The notes beneath the pieces are model-generated. The model worked only from the letters and a program-made list of their open reading frames with translations. It made no database searches and was not told the origin of the DNA. A stretch of DNA of 63,044 bases, the filler included, from Folioceros fuciformis (Eukaryota): the NCBI GenBank assembly GCA_049999805.1. It is 11 parts of 11 records of this genome, joined end to end, with 100 filler letters (N's around TTAATTAATTAA, not from the genome) between each part and the next. Parts side by side here need not be neighbours in the genome. Positions count along the whole stretch, not along the records: positions 6,945 to 22,898 come from JBNGIO010001710.1; positions 22,999 to 25,437 come from JBNGIO010001712.1; positions 25,538 to 33,812 come from JBNGIO010001713.1; 8 more parts are not named here. One strand, 5' to 3'. The position numbers and the translations under genes are program-made. Positions 12,901-26,367 of this stretch are shown piece after piece; position 1 is the first letter of the stretch; each line of letters opens with the position of its first letter.

Positions 12901-14467
12901 TAACGTTGGGCTGCAGCAAAATGGACTGGAAAGCGACTTGATTTGACCATTGATATTCTTCTTGGTCACTGCAGACATCAAATAGTGTACAGCAGCAGCA
13001 GTACAACCAGTATGCTCAGCAATACAGTCAACAATACGGCCAGCAGCCTTATGGTAATCAGATGACAGCGCAGCAATATGGTCAGCAGCAACAGCAGAAT
13101 ACAAGCTCACAAGTGACACAGCGCCCCCAACAGGAGTATGCAGAGCTTTATGCTCAGCAGTTGCAATTGCATCAGCAGCAAGAGCAACAGCAGCTGCAAC
13201 TGCAGCAGCAGCAACAACTGCAGCAGCAGCAACAACAGCAGCAGCAGCAACAACTGCAGCATCAGCAACAACAGCAGCAAAAGCAAAAGCAGCAACAACA
13301 CCACCACAATCAGCAGCGACAATATCAACAACGACATCAACCCCAACATCATCAAGAGGCTGCTGTCGCTGCGTCCACCAGCAACATGTCTGCTTATGCT
13401 CCAGACATAGCTCAGCCACTCACTTATGCTCCCTATTATCAGCATCGGGTACGTTCTTGTAAATTCTTTCCTTCTCTCCCTTTTAGATCTATAACATCAG
13501 CCTAAATAAAGCCTGGGAGGCTCGTGTTTGTTGTAGGCTACAGCCATTCCTGGTACACAGACTCCAACTTCATCTCCGGTGGCTCAACAGCAGCAGTCAT
13601 TGGAAGCACAGTGGGCAGCATACTACGCAGCACAACAAGCTGCTCATCAGGTTTAATATATTTCTGGCTTTACTTCCAGTGTAAGAAAACTGTCCTGAAT
13701 GGGTTTGTCTTGACAAGTGGACTGGTGTCCTAACAGACTGAGGGTGTCAATAATGCTTATAATGAGCAGGGGAGTGTTAGCCAACAACCACACCAGAATA
13801 GCGCAGTCACTTTGACATCTGGCTACTATCAGGTCATTTCCTAGCTGTGATAAAACCCTATTTTAAGACCAGTAAGATTGCTTTGAGGCCTACTGGGCAT
13901 GTGGAACTACTTAACTAAATTGCTGACGGAACGTGCAGCAATCCTCTGGGTCAGATGTGGGGCAGAAGCGATCAGCCGATCAGATGGAGTATGGATCTCA
14001 AACTATGGTAATGAGTTGGTCAAGCTCTTTTTGTTTGGCCAGTGGCAAACTTGTTTCACTCAGTTGCTCATTTCAAGCACGCTTTCCAATGCCAGCAAGG
14101 TGCATACGCCTACAATCAGCAAGGCGGTTCGAACGCAGCAGCTTATCAGCACCATGCAGCTACATCTGACACCGTATATCAAAATCAAAATGCTAGCACG
14201 GGTAGCAGCTTTCAACAAGCTGCATTACCAGCATTATATCAGCATCAGACCCTGTCAGCGGGCTACCAGCAAACTGCAGATGCTGTTGTCTACCAGCAAC
14301 CTGCAGATGCTGTTATATACCAGCAACCGGCGGATGCTGGTGTCTACCAGCAGCAGCCTTCTTCCAGTTATCACCACCAACAATCCGCAGGGACATACCA
14401 CCAACCACATCAGGGAGCGACTGTATCAGCAGCAGTCTACGAATACAGCAAAAGGCCTCGATATTAA
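6991..14467 (+). CDS. Multi-exon RNA-binding protein: acidic N-terminus, three tandem RRMs (RAVER-like), Gly/Pro/Met-rich linker, Gln/Tyr-rich C-terminus
   Basis: GT-AG exons 6991-8856, 9857-10144, 10257-10322, 10415-10555, 10677-10809, 10950-11029 splice in frame. They give LHISGL (RRM1), LFIGNL/KGYGFVEY (RRM2) and LFVDRI/RGFAFIDF (RRM3). Further small exons lead through polyQ (about 13165-13300) to YSKRPRY-stop at 14467. The start may lie upstream, in the gap. Confidence 0.85.
9305..9402. repeat. Intronic 48-bp tandem duplication
   Basis: GTATCA..TTTGTGGATGGATAAACA..ATGGTAGAAGATG at 9305 and 9353. Confidence 0.7.
13165..13300 (+). repeat. Coding CAG/CAA polyglutamine tract
   Basis: Mixed CAG/CAA run encoding QQQ...QLQ...QKQKQQQHHH. 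Confidence 0.9.
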
Positions 14468-17423
14468 ATGGGAGAGAATGGTGCATGTTGCAAGTGAAGA
14501 GACAGGGGCGGGCTGGCCAGATATGGTTGTAGAGGGCGGAACTGGCACGCAGGCTAACTCAGCCAAAGGTTTGGAGCTACTAGCTGGTACGAGGAGGCTT
14601 TCCAAAATCTTACAGGACATTGGGTCTGAAAGAGAGTTAGGAGGGAGGGGTTGGGATAATGGGAGCATAGTAATGGTCTTGAACAAGCCATTGTGAGATG
14701 GTGTTGAGTTGTGTTGCTAGGTTTCTTGAGTGCAGATGAGGATGCTGACTAAATTTTCTGATGGTGTGCGAATCTTTCCAGTGTGGCTGGGGTGTGGTAT
14801 CTGGGGGCCATTGTGATCTTAGCAGGTGTAGGGAATCGTTGGAATCCTCTTATGTTAAAATGGGCTCATCTAAAGAGATGCATGTACTCATTGCAGAAGC
14901 ACAGTGAGCATTAGTTTTCGTAAAGGCTACTTGCAAAAAGAGTGTTTAGAGCTTAGGGGTACTGGAAATTCTGTGTTGGGAAATGGATAATGTTTGTTTT
15001 GTGTGGACTGTTATATCTTCTTAATGCAACAATCCACTCTGCCATGTATGCATGAAGCTGTGCAGTCATCAACAGCAAAGAAGGGTGCATATGGAGTGAC
15101 GTTGTGGCATCACCTTTTGGAGCAAGACCTCCACTGACCCTTGGCGCTTCTGTTCTGCTTCTGCCATCCATCATCTGCTTCATGTGGGTTCCCAGCTGAG
15201 GCTGAATTACACAGTTGAGGGATCCATGGGGATATTGCCCAAGTTTGAGCAATTTATATGTGGTAGCGATGAACGACTGTGCATACCTCTGACAAGGGTG
15301 AATGAAAGTGGTGTTGGCTTGGTGGCTTTCCTGTGTTATTGAGAATTCTGGCTATTGCAAACTGTATTGTTCCAGATTGCATTCAATTTTGATATGGTGA
15401 TGTGACCACCAAGTCATCATCATCGGATGAAGTAGAGCAGCGGTATTTTAATTTTGAAGTGACGGGATAATTGGAAGGAATGCATTTCATGTAATGGCAT
15501 CACCTGGATCGTGGAGAGGCTTTGATGATTGCTGTATAACTTCCATCCCATCTGGGTTCCGTTGTGAGCAGCTTGTCCGCAGTTTTCAGTGAAGGTCTCA
15601 TCCTCTTCGTTTTGGTGAAGAGGAGTGAAAACATTCTTCTCTGATCAGCTGTCAAGTTCTTCTACTGAGGTAATGCAAAAATCCCTGTCCTGTGGGTAAT
15701 TACGCATAATCCAGTTTTAGCTCAACACTTGGCTTCAATTTGCACACCTGCCAAATGTGAAATCCAACGGGTTCTGCCTCCCTGGTGTAGAGGTGGCCTC
15801 TTCCTGAATCCAGAGGCAGCTAGGGCTCTGGAGCTTTCATTCTTCGGGAGGACATGTGTCCATTCATCATCAAGGGCCCATACCTGGTGGACAGCGGAAC
15901 GTAGTGTAAAGGAGAGGGTCCTTACAGCCAATCAAGGCCCCCTTTAACATCCTCAGCGGGTAGCCGGTAGCCGGGAGAGCAGAAAGCTGGAAAAGAGCTC
16001 CTAGCAAGTAAGAGTCCTGTCCTTTTGACAACGTACAACATGTTATTATTTAAGTATTATTATCGTTATGGTTATCATGTTTCGCTCATGCGCCATCACC
16101 AAAAGGAAAGGCTGCAACTGCTAGATACATACCGGACAGCGTAAAACTGGAAAATGACATGCAACGGGACGGAACGATAAAGTACAAGAATCTTTACTAG
16201 AATTTAAAAGGTTTGAAGCGGGGAAACGTGATTTACAGGGAATGGCCATTGTATGTAAACGGTAGGAGGCTATTAGGAGGCTGAGGAAGGTTCGCCCTGG
16301 AGAGCCTGGACAGCAGTTGGTGGCAGAACGGGCAATATTGTCCTACATAAACAAGGCACACAGGGGACAGATAGGCTGGCATTGGAATCTGGCCATAGGG
16401 CACAGAGAGGACGCAAGTCAACAGTCCTGTCACCTTGCCCGACCCTCGCTCTCTCTCTCTCGCGATTCACAATTCGCCGTCCCGATTCCCGATTCTCGAT
16501 TCGCCGATTTGCTCATTGCTTGCTCACCATGTCCTGCTCTGAGCTCCTACCAGCTGTGGGCTCGTGTACAGTTTCCCAAGCATGTGCTAGTTATTACCAA
16601 CCCCAGCTTCCGGACTCTGCCTGGAACCGAGCTGGAGCTGAAGCCGGATCCGGATCCAGAACTTGGCTGGGCCCTCTCTAAACCTTGCTCCCGCCCCCCT
16701 CACTAATCTGTCTTTTGTTCCGGGAACAGGTCACGAGTCTCTGCTACCGTGGCGTGTTCATTTGCTCGCATCCCCCTGATCCAAAATTTCATCCGTCACC
16801 CACGGTCCTGCGATCTGCGGAATTTGCATGCGCTGTAGCTCGGCTTCTTTGCGCGCGTTATCGATCTTCTGGCCGTGGAGCGTGCAAGCACACGCTGGGC
16901 TGCTGGAATGGCTTTTGTTTCCTCGTCGACGCTGAATTTCAGCTGGATTGTTCATGGAAGCTGACCGAGGTCCTGTATCGGAGACCTGGAAGGTGTCTCA
17001 TCATGCTTGTTGCCGGGACCGGGAGCAAGGGTAGCTGTGGTCTGTGCTCTGCTGCTACTGCTGCTGTGTGGAAAGCAGAGCCGGTGCAGCAGAGCAGGGG
17101 CCCGGGACCCCAGATCCAGCGCACCCAAGACTGGTTGAGGCTGAGGGTGCGGATGACAAGATTTGGGATTTTCTCCTCCTGCTCCAAGTATGAGCATCGC
17201 TGGGGGGCTGGCCAAGTCTAGGGGGCTCCTGCGCTTCCAGGCCCGCAGTTCCGAGAGCCCGGAACGGGCTCGCTTGGCCGGGGTCAAGGAGGCTTCGAAC
17301 AGTGCGGAATTGTTTGGACGCACCGGTGCGCATGCGGATGCTTTGCTTTCGTGCCCATGTTAGGCAGAGTGAGTTCAGGACCTTCGTATGCCGTGAATCT
17401 AATGAAGTGTCGGCTTTGCAGAT

Positions 17424-20400
17424 GTGCAGGCTCAACCCTCACTTGATGAAGGAGTCTCAGGGGAAGGAATGATCTTTCAGCTGGATGATGCCCGTGCTCT
17501 CAGTGACGTTCACTCTCAAGGACTGCGGGCCTTGTCGTGCCCCATGGAGATACTCGTTGATGGCAGTGGCCAACCAGGAGTGGATGGTGTTCATGGGAGC
17601 CATGGGGTCCCGGGTAAAGACGGTGCAGATGGCGCTCCTGGAAAGGTGAGTGAACGTTACTCGTGTAGCCCAGCGTGCCTGTCATTCAGTGTTGCCATCT
17701 GACTTGTCTCCTCCGATCAGCCTGGGTATGGACCGTCAAGGCCTGGTAAACCTGGCTGGGATGGCAAGGATGGTAAGCCTGGTATGGCAGGCAAGAAAGG
17801 GTTCAAGGGCGGAAATGGAACAAGTGGTGGACGGGGTGCGAATTTCCATGTCGAACTTTCCAGCTCTGACTCATATTCCGTGCAAGTCGCTGGATTTATG
17901 GAGTTGCCGGCAACTCCTGTTCTCCAGACACTGGACCCTGATCAACCTCAAAATACTGAGACCATGAGCACACCTGGTGGATTTTTGAGGCATTCCTTGC
18001 AGTTGCAGCGTCCTTCTTCTGGAGATTCCCGAGTGAATGGGTGAGCGTCGTTGCCTGCGTGGAATTCAAACTTGGGAATTCGCATTGCCTGATGCTAAAA
18101 GAACCCATTTTGTGATAAGCTGTTTCGTTTTTGATTGCGCAGGCCTGTCGAGGCTACGGAGGATAAGCCCGGACATGTATCTTTGGAGCCAGGGAGATGT
18201 ATTGTGATTCGAGCCAGCGGAGGACGGGGGGGTCGTGGTGGCAATGGTGGAAATGGTGGCAATGGTGGCAGGGGTGGCTCTGGTGGGTCAGGAGGCCAGG
18301 GAGGTGATGGAAAGAAAGGGCTGAAGCCTGGAATGAATGGTGAAAATGGAGGGGATGGTGGTGCTGGTGGCAATGGAGTGCCAGGTGGAGCTGGTGGTGA
18401 CGGTGGTCCTGCAGGCAAGGGAGGGAATGCAGGAGCAGGAGGTCGCGTTGTGGTCCAAACCACAGATCCTACTTTGCTCATGCTTGTAGAGGTTGATGTA
18501 CGACCTGGGCTCCCTGGAGAAGCAGGAATACCTGGTATTGAATACAGGTTCACACTCTCTTTCCATCTGACAGCGTGGGGTGACCTGTTCAGTGTCCTTC
18601 ATTGTACTTAGTTTTGGTATGTACTGTGATTAGGCTTTCTGGGGCCCTGGTCTTTTTGATTTTTAAATGGAACCTGTAACACTCACGTATTCAAGATGCT
18701 AAGTCCGTGTCTTCTTCTCTGTTTTCGAGTAGCATGTGCTACTTGTCACGTGAACTGAGTATGCGTGCCTGTTTCGTCAGGAATAGGTGGCACAGGAGGT
18801 GAGTCTGGAAAGGCAGGTGCTCCTGGCCCTCCAGGTAAAGGCGGGCCAGGTTGGGACAAGCTCTATTTGAAAAAATCACGAAAGACAAAGCATTTTACGT
18901 GCCATAGTGGCACCCATGGAAGGCCGGGGAAAATGGGTGCAGCAGGTTCTCCTCCAGCTCTCATGGGGTCCCCTGGCCTGCCTGCAGACGCCGGCAAGGA
19001 AGCACGGCCTGGGCAGGTGAGGCTTCGGGTGCCAGAGATGGTTCTACCCTGGTGGCGTGCGGTCTTGTCCATCGGCTACTTATTAGCTCTGCTTGGGGTC
19101 CTGTGTAAGGGCGAGAATTACATTTGGCTGGTGGGAATACAGGTTACTTGGATTGTCAAGTCTCATGATGGGGAAGTGCTGGAGAGAGGAAAGGATCGTT
19201 ACAACTGCGTGGTGACACATTTTCGGGTCCAGTCATCTTTCAAAGATGGCGTGATACGACCTGGTGGGGAGGTGCTAATTGACCAGGTTTGTGTCCTCAC
19301 GATCATCGTTGCTGCAGCTGCCCCGCTGGATGGGCACCGAACTTGATGGTCTTGCATGCTTCAAAGGTTCTGACATAGCGTCCTACCCCTTCAGGTGGAG
19401 GTCTGTAACAGTGGTGGAATTACTCTTCCTGGAGGCACTCGTCTCTTCTTTCAGGAGACGGCAGTGCTCTTTTCTGTCGATAAGAATTCCATCGAAACGC
19501 TCCCTGCTATACGGCCTCATAAAACTCACAAAATCAAAAGGGTATTTCGCATGCGGGTTATCGAACTGGCTTCCCCTGTTGGAGGGTCATGTTTCAACGC
19601 CACCACGGCAGTAGTCCCATGTGTTGACCTGCTGGGGCGGCCATTCCGGTCTTCAGATAAACTGCTTGAGGCAAGTGGGCGTATGCAAATTCATTCACGC
19701 TATTTGGGGCTTTGTATTTTGCATTCCGGCAATTGTGAATCGTGGTAGCCCGTCGGATACTGGACGTTCTCATCAAAATTTATTCAACTGAAGGGTGAAG
19801 TGTCTGGTCGCATGCAGATACCGTTGCGATATCCAGTGCAGATCGTTGGAGATGCCGAGTTTCCACACACTGTAAGAAAAGGAGACGTGGTGGTCGCTAA
19901 AGTCAGATTGCGGAACATCTCGACAGGAGTCTACGGGAGCAGCAGTAACATGTCTCTAACTCGTCCTCCGTACATATTTCATTCTCATTTACCCGCAGTG
20001 TATTGTATTTTGACGCACAGTGTACCTATCAGGTCGCTGGGCCCTGTCAAGGTTATGGTTTTGATGTTTGTTGAACTGGAAGATGGTCGGAGAGTGGAGT
20101 GCTCTTGGACGAAAGATGCGGAGTATATTGCTCCAAGTGAAGACTGTATCTTGGGAATATCTTGTCGCATCAACAATGACACTCTTGCCTATTCTTTGAC
20201 AAGTATCCAAGTTCATCTGCTGCTAGGAGGCCAGAGTGTAGAATATCGGTGAGACTCGTGTGCTACTTTAGCTGTGCGGTTCCCAATTGGCTACTTCTGC
20301 TTCCAGTTGTTGATTTGCTGCTCAACTTGCAGGCATCTAGAGTCACGTGTGGTTCCTGTATATGAGAAGGCCAAGGAGGCAGTTTTCATAACAGACTCTC

Positions 20401-21846
20401 AGCTGAAGCCCAAGGAGTATGTCGCTTGGAAATACGTGTTGGCCATATTAGGATTGGAACACGTATGCTGGGATGTTACATGGCATTGTACATTTGCTCC
20501 ATCAGAGGTCGCGTGGCTAGGAGGTCATAACTTAGTAATATTGCCTCATGTTCCCCAAGACCATGGCCTCTTACATTGGATAAGAATGGTCTTACCGTGG
20601 CATGTTCATACACTAAGTGGTCCAGCTTCAGCAGAGAATGCCGGAGGTGAGCTGTGCCGATTGGGGCAGTTTGAAAGTTTGCAGTTGTGATGACATTTCT
20701 TTGTCTGAGTGTCGCTAAATTCAGGAAGGTCGTTTGTTGACGTGAGCAGCTGTTGTAATGGGTCCATACCCGAAGGATGTCAGTCGGCACATGATAAACT
20801 GGGAAAGCTTGGCAACAACCAAGGTTGTTAAGACATCGAGATTCAGAGTCTCCTGCTTCGGAGACACAGAAGACAGGGCCGCCAGAAGAGCTGCCACTCA
20901 AGCTCTCCACTTCCAGGATCAACTGAATGCGCTGAATCAAAATCAATACAATTTTGTGGTCTCCCCTTCCATGAAGCGTGGGAGTGCCCTTGTGAAGCTC
21001 CGAGCATACAGAGAAATACTGCCAGCTATGTTTCGGTTAAGAGCAGCTCCCATTGAAGCTGTAGCTATTCCATCAGGGTTCTTCCCTGAATCGTCTACGG
21101 AAGTCAAGGAGGAGGTCTCAGAGGATGTGTTCGGTTTTGAGAGATGGTCTCCGGAACTGGGCAGGAGCAAAACGGAGCGACCAGCGACTCAACATCTTTG
21201 GTCTCCCATTCCCCTGTGGTCACCATTTGGTTTTGCAATCTCTGCAATGCTTGTGTATTTGCCAATCAAGTTCAAGTTACGGGTCTTGGCTCATTTTCAC
21301 TCCCACCCTCCTGGGCAGCTACCACTATATTTCACATCTAACGTCTCGTTCATCCAGGTAAGCCTTTGAGACCCCAACTCCTCTGTTTAATCGGGAGGAA
21401 TCGCCTTCTTTTGTGGAATCTAAATATTCTTTCTCACTCTGTAGGTCATTGGGCTCGGCTTGTACTATGATGTCAAGATGGACTGGTATAGTAGGAGGGA
21501 CTCTCTCCCTCATGGGGAATTACTGGTCGCCGAAATCGAAAGATTGGTGAGCAGTGGGCAGTGGTCTGGGTGGTCTCTGACCCAGGACTACGTTTACGCG
21601 CTCACCGGAGGTCTCATCCATTTTCGATCAGAGTTGAGCTCCAGACTTCTTTCAGGTCGGTCATCCAAAGCTAAAACCACAGTCAATGCTTTGATCGAGA
21701 GGGTTCAGGCGGCCATATGTAGAGGGGAGATGAAATTTCCTACAGAGAAACAGATCAAGCAGGTGTATGATGGCCTTACGGTCCTTCCACCCTGGCTCTT
21801 CGTGGATGCGACGGAAAAGCCGCCGATCCAGATAGTTTATGAATGA
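17424..21846 (+). CDS. Multi-exon protein of unknown function with Gly-X-Y (collagen-like) and GGX repeats followed by globular domains
   Basis: Coding blocks flanked by GT-AG sites (e.g. donor 17646, exons about 17721-18041, 18144-18533, 18781-19016, last exon 21445-21846). Repeats include GQPGVDGVHGSHGVPGKDGADGAPG and GGRGGRGGNGGNGGNGG. Start codon uncertain (first in-frame ATG at 17469). Confidence 0.75.
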
Positions 21847-23883
21847 TACGGTTTTCCCGGAGTGGTAGTAGCGGGTCTTCCAGGAAGTGCCTGTGATTTG
21901 TATTTTATCCGAGATTCTTTCAATACCATGTCCGTAGATGTGAGCAAACAGCTGGACAAGCATTCTTTTTGAGATGATAATAACATGGAGGGTTCGATAG
22001 GCAGATAACTGTACTCGTTCTTAGAGTTGAGGAGACTCCTCCGTCATATTCAGGAGTGACCTGATGAATTCAAACCTCCCTCAACTCCATCGAAATGGGG
22101 CTGCACAGGATGCGACTGTGAAGACTCAACCAGTTTGAGCGAAGTCGTGCCGTCCACTAACTACACGGTATGCCCAATTCTATCCGACTTGCCTCATTGC
22201 AGTGAACTGTGGGTCTTCGGACGGAAGAGTACCATCACGATAACCTGCTGGAAGTGCTTGCTGAAAGTGGCCGATCCGAGAGGCATTCCCCGAACACAAT
22301 AATAACTGGCCAACAAATGTAACACGTGCTGTTCCCGGGGCGGAAATGCCTAGCATAGCTGACAGCATAGCATGAAACGTTCAGTGCCTTGCCAGTAACA
22401 GCGAAGCTGTGTCCCAGGTGGATGGAGGAGGTTTCCTTTGACACGGATTAGTGGATTACGCTTCCACCGTAATAAGACGGCAGTAGTGATAGTCGGATTG
22501 CAGCCCTCGCTGAGGCCGCCAGCAGGCCTTGCTGTGGCCGTCATCTCATACCGATTCCGCCTCCGCTTGTGCGCCATGAAGCTAATGACAACGGGAGGGA
22601 AGGATATGCTAGAAAGCAGCGCGATAACCTTCCCCAGACAATACTAATCCGACAATCCTGTGACTGCTCTCACAATCTGTGAGTGAGCCTCTATCGCTCT
22701 AAAAAATGTTTTGGTCAAATGTGGCCGCCCTTTTCTTCGATGGCCTCGCCATGTCTCGACACACGCGGCACGACCTGCATCGCGTTTCCCCGAGACCTCC
22801 CAGGGCTCGGCCTGCCTGTCTCGCATGCCTTCCCTTCCACTGTCCCCCGTTTTAAACCCCCACCGATCTGAACCTGCCACAAGCTTCTGCTTCTATTTNN
22901 NNNNNNNNNNNNNNNNNNNNNNNNNNNNNNNNNNNNNNNNNNTTAATTAATTAANNNNNNNNNNNNNNNNNNNNNNNNNNNNNNNNNNNNNNNNNNNNAC
23001 TCCAAGTAGAGCAGCACTCAATAGTGAGGAATCAGTCCAAAACCCAACCAACATTGAACACCCAAAAGCTACTCCTATTCAAAACCCTTGGCTTTTTGTA
23101 TGCTCTTCCAGAGGCTGGGAGGCACCTTTCCCAATGCAATCTCTTCTTTGCAGACATGCAATTTCACCTCAAGTTCTGTATCTATCTATAGTGAATTCTT
23201 CTTCTCCATTGTTGTTTTTAAAGCCAGTTGATCTCCATGCATAACTCACAAATTCACTTCCACTGATTTGGCTTGTGGAACAATTTTTAATTTCACCTAG
23301 TTATTTTATGAAGCCCGTAATTTTATTTTCATTCTCTAGTAAAAAAAAGGTCATCCTTTACCCTTTATTGAGCAATCCTAAAAATCATGGAACAAAATTA
23401 TATGATTAAAAATACATTATATTATATATTTAAATATATATTAGAAACTTATTTGTAAGAATGAGATTTTCTATTATTGATAAAATCATCCTTATAGTCA
23501 TTCGCTATTACTACGCAACCACCATGATAACACCTCTTTGCAGAAAGGTTAAGCACATCTTTCTTTTGTATACAAATTTTGGTTAACTTCTCAAAGAACA
23601 ATGTAAAGAGAAGTATAAAGATGAAAGAAAAACCCTCCAAAAAAAAGCACTCCATTAAATTCACAAAGATTTGATAAACTCAAGACATGAGAATGTTTTT
23701 AAAATGTTTTAATGTTTAGAAGTACTTAAAGGCTCCCTCTCGTGACCTGCAATTCTTCTAAGAATATTACCAATATACTTGAATTCATATACAAATCTAT
23801 AATTTTATTTTAAATCTAATACACATACCTATATTTTGTGCAATGTAGAATGGTGGGCAAATAATTAAGAATCTGATTTTTTA

Positions 23884-25400
23884 CTAAGAAGTCAGGGAAG
23901 GTCTTTGGACTTGAGATGTCTCTTCTTGTTGAGTAGACTCCAAGACTTCAGTTAACTCCGATTGGCTGCCATCTTCAACTCCAGTAGTATCTGTGCTTCC
24001 TAACTCTAGTGCTTCTTCTATATCCAAGGGGTTGGATACTAACTGAGCTACTCCTTCTATGTTTAAAGGACTAGGTTGAGCCTCTACTCCTTGCCCATCT
24101 TTATTAATGTAATCTTCCTCGATAAAAATAGTTTTGCATAACCTTGCAATAGCCAACTGGATCCAAAGATGCAAGTCTTAGTGACAATATTTCTTAAGTT
24201 TTCACTCTAGCTGAAAGAAAAACCCAAGAGCAACAACAACAAAGTCATTCATTGAGAGTTGAGAGCTAAGTAGGGGAAGCTCTTTTTGTATCATTACCTT
24301 GTGACCATCTGGTTGTTGCACTGCATAAATCAATTCAACATCGTTATCTGATGCTTTTTCTAGTTGGGATTGAGAAATACTGGTGGTACCCTCTTGAGGG
24401 AGGACTTGATTGATCACACGTGCCCTCATAGCTCTTGGAGATAGCCCTATAATTTGGATGCCCTAAGCAAAGAAAAAGATGAGGTCATTGACATGCTAAA
24501 GTATATATATCCAAAGATTGTTCATGCAGGAAGACATGTGTACTACTAATATGAAAGCATACAAGAGGTCGCACAACATGCTCATCATCTGTTGTAGGTG
24601 AGATTTGAGAAGTAGGCCAATTAGCAATAATCTGCCCATCATCATCTGCCATAGGCATCTTGGATACTTTCACCACCATAATAGCAACAAAGATCTACAT
24701 GTAAAAAGATACAAAGTCACTTAGCCCCTCTTGTTGCATCATTCAAAAAATACTACAACCCATTAAGATAGAGCTTATGATAACATGAAAATCTTACTTG
24801 ATAGCAAAGAAGGATGGAGTAAAGGACCAGTGGAGCAGCACAGTTGTATTTGTGACATGGTTGTCTCTTGGCATACACTGCTAGTGATAGCAAGCTGAGT
24901 AGAATTTGGGCAACTGAGTACTGCACTTACCTCCATCAAAAGATGCACCCAACCAGGGTCAATTACTTAGCCGAGAGCCTATTACATTGACTAGATAAGT
25001 AGCATTATGCTCAGACTAGAATACATTATGTACTTGTTGAGATACATCACTTTTCTTTTCAAACAAAGTGTGTGCTATTACATCTACAACAGCTAGATAG
25101 GGAAAGAATAAGCCATGAAAATGCTTGTGGGTTGTAGTCTCTCCACCCACAAGTTCATGATTTTGATTTTCAAAAGGAGGAACCAAGGCTGTTGATAGTG
25201 AATTCAACCCCTAATGATCTACACCAAAGGAGCTGAGACTACCAAAGAGGGGATATAGCCTCGAGAGCATATGAACGCAACCAGCTCCACTGCTCTATTG
25301 AGCATCATAGGATAAAGGTGCCATGGAAAGTAACTTGCTGTGAACAGCTGGTAGCACAGCACTCCAACAATTTCTATCTATCGGAGAAACGAGAGTGTTT
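23884..25400 (-). pseudogene. Decayed coding remnant, probably transposon-derived
   Basis: Colinear short protein-like ORF fragments on the minus strand separated by stops, in AT-rich DNA between gaps; no recognisable domain. Confidence 0.3.
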
Positions 25401-25773
25401 TGTTTTAGCAGGCGTAATCAAGATGAAATGGCTGCACNNNNNNNNNNNNNNNNNNNNNNNNNNNNNNNNNNNNNNNNNNNNTTAATTAATTAANNNNNNN
25501 NNNNNNNNNNNNNNNNNNNNNNNNNNNNNNNNNNNNNACAACCCCCCAAACCACCTTGTGAGCACGCGCCTTGCAAAATGCTGATCGCCAACCCTAGGTC
25601 GTGCATCCTCCAGGTGTTAGAGACCATGGCCGGCTGGTGCGTACCGCGCATTTTCGTGTTCAAGTTGAATTGAACTCAACGTGGCATTTTTGAAGCGGAG
25701 ATGAGGCATGCAAGGAAGGTCATAGGGCAAAATACAAGTGAAGTAGGAAGATATGGTGAGGGACACAGAATGA

Positions 25774-25863
25774 AGGAAAGAATGGCGCATGAAGAACGAC
25801 AGGAAAGAATGGCCCATGGAGAACGATAGGAAAGAATGGCGCATGGAGAACGATAGGAAAGAA
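25774..25863. repeat. 27-bp tandem repeat, about 3.3 copies
   Basis: AGGAAAGAATGGCGCATGGAGAACGAT-like units at 25774, 25801, 25828 and (partial) 25855. Confidence 0.85.
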
Positions 25864-26367
25864 CCCTGCTCGGAGGATGGACTATCTCCGAACCATTTAT
25901 TACTTCGCCTTCGGACCAATACCAGGCAAAAAAACCCTAAATCAACAGCTTTATTCCTCTTCACCACCGGATGAACCTGACGTACATCACGAAGTGTAGC
26001 TACAGCCTCTGGCGACTAACTGCACTGGAGTTCCGTTCTACGTTGAATGTCTTGTCTGTGGATTAGTGTCCACCCTTTCCACCGGTGTTTAACCTCCGAC
26101 CACGTTCTGTCTTGTAATGCATAGAGAAAGCGCTACAATTTCACGACTAGAGGATTTCTCAACTACTTCATTTGAAAACTTTAGCTTCATGCAACCTTTC
26201 AACCTACCGGGGAATACCGGAGTCCAGAATACCTGCAAAAAGCAGAGTTGGGAGAAACAGTCTTCTGCAGATCCATCAAAGCCATACTACGTCAGCGGCA
26301 ACAGCTGAGTGTGCCATACACCGGCAGTACCTCGATGTCGTTGTCACGGTCGCGACAGAACCGAAAT

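Noticed and set aside
8037-18553. Antisense Ser/Thr-rich (8037-8789), poly-Leu/Ala (12895-13445) and poly-Pro (18095-18553) ORFs
   Set aside because: Shadows of the low-complexity acidic, polyQ and Gly-rich coding sequence on the opposite strand.
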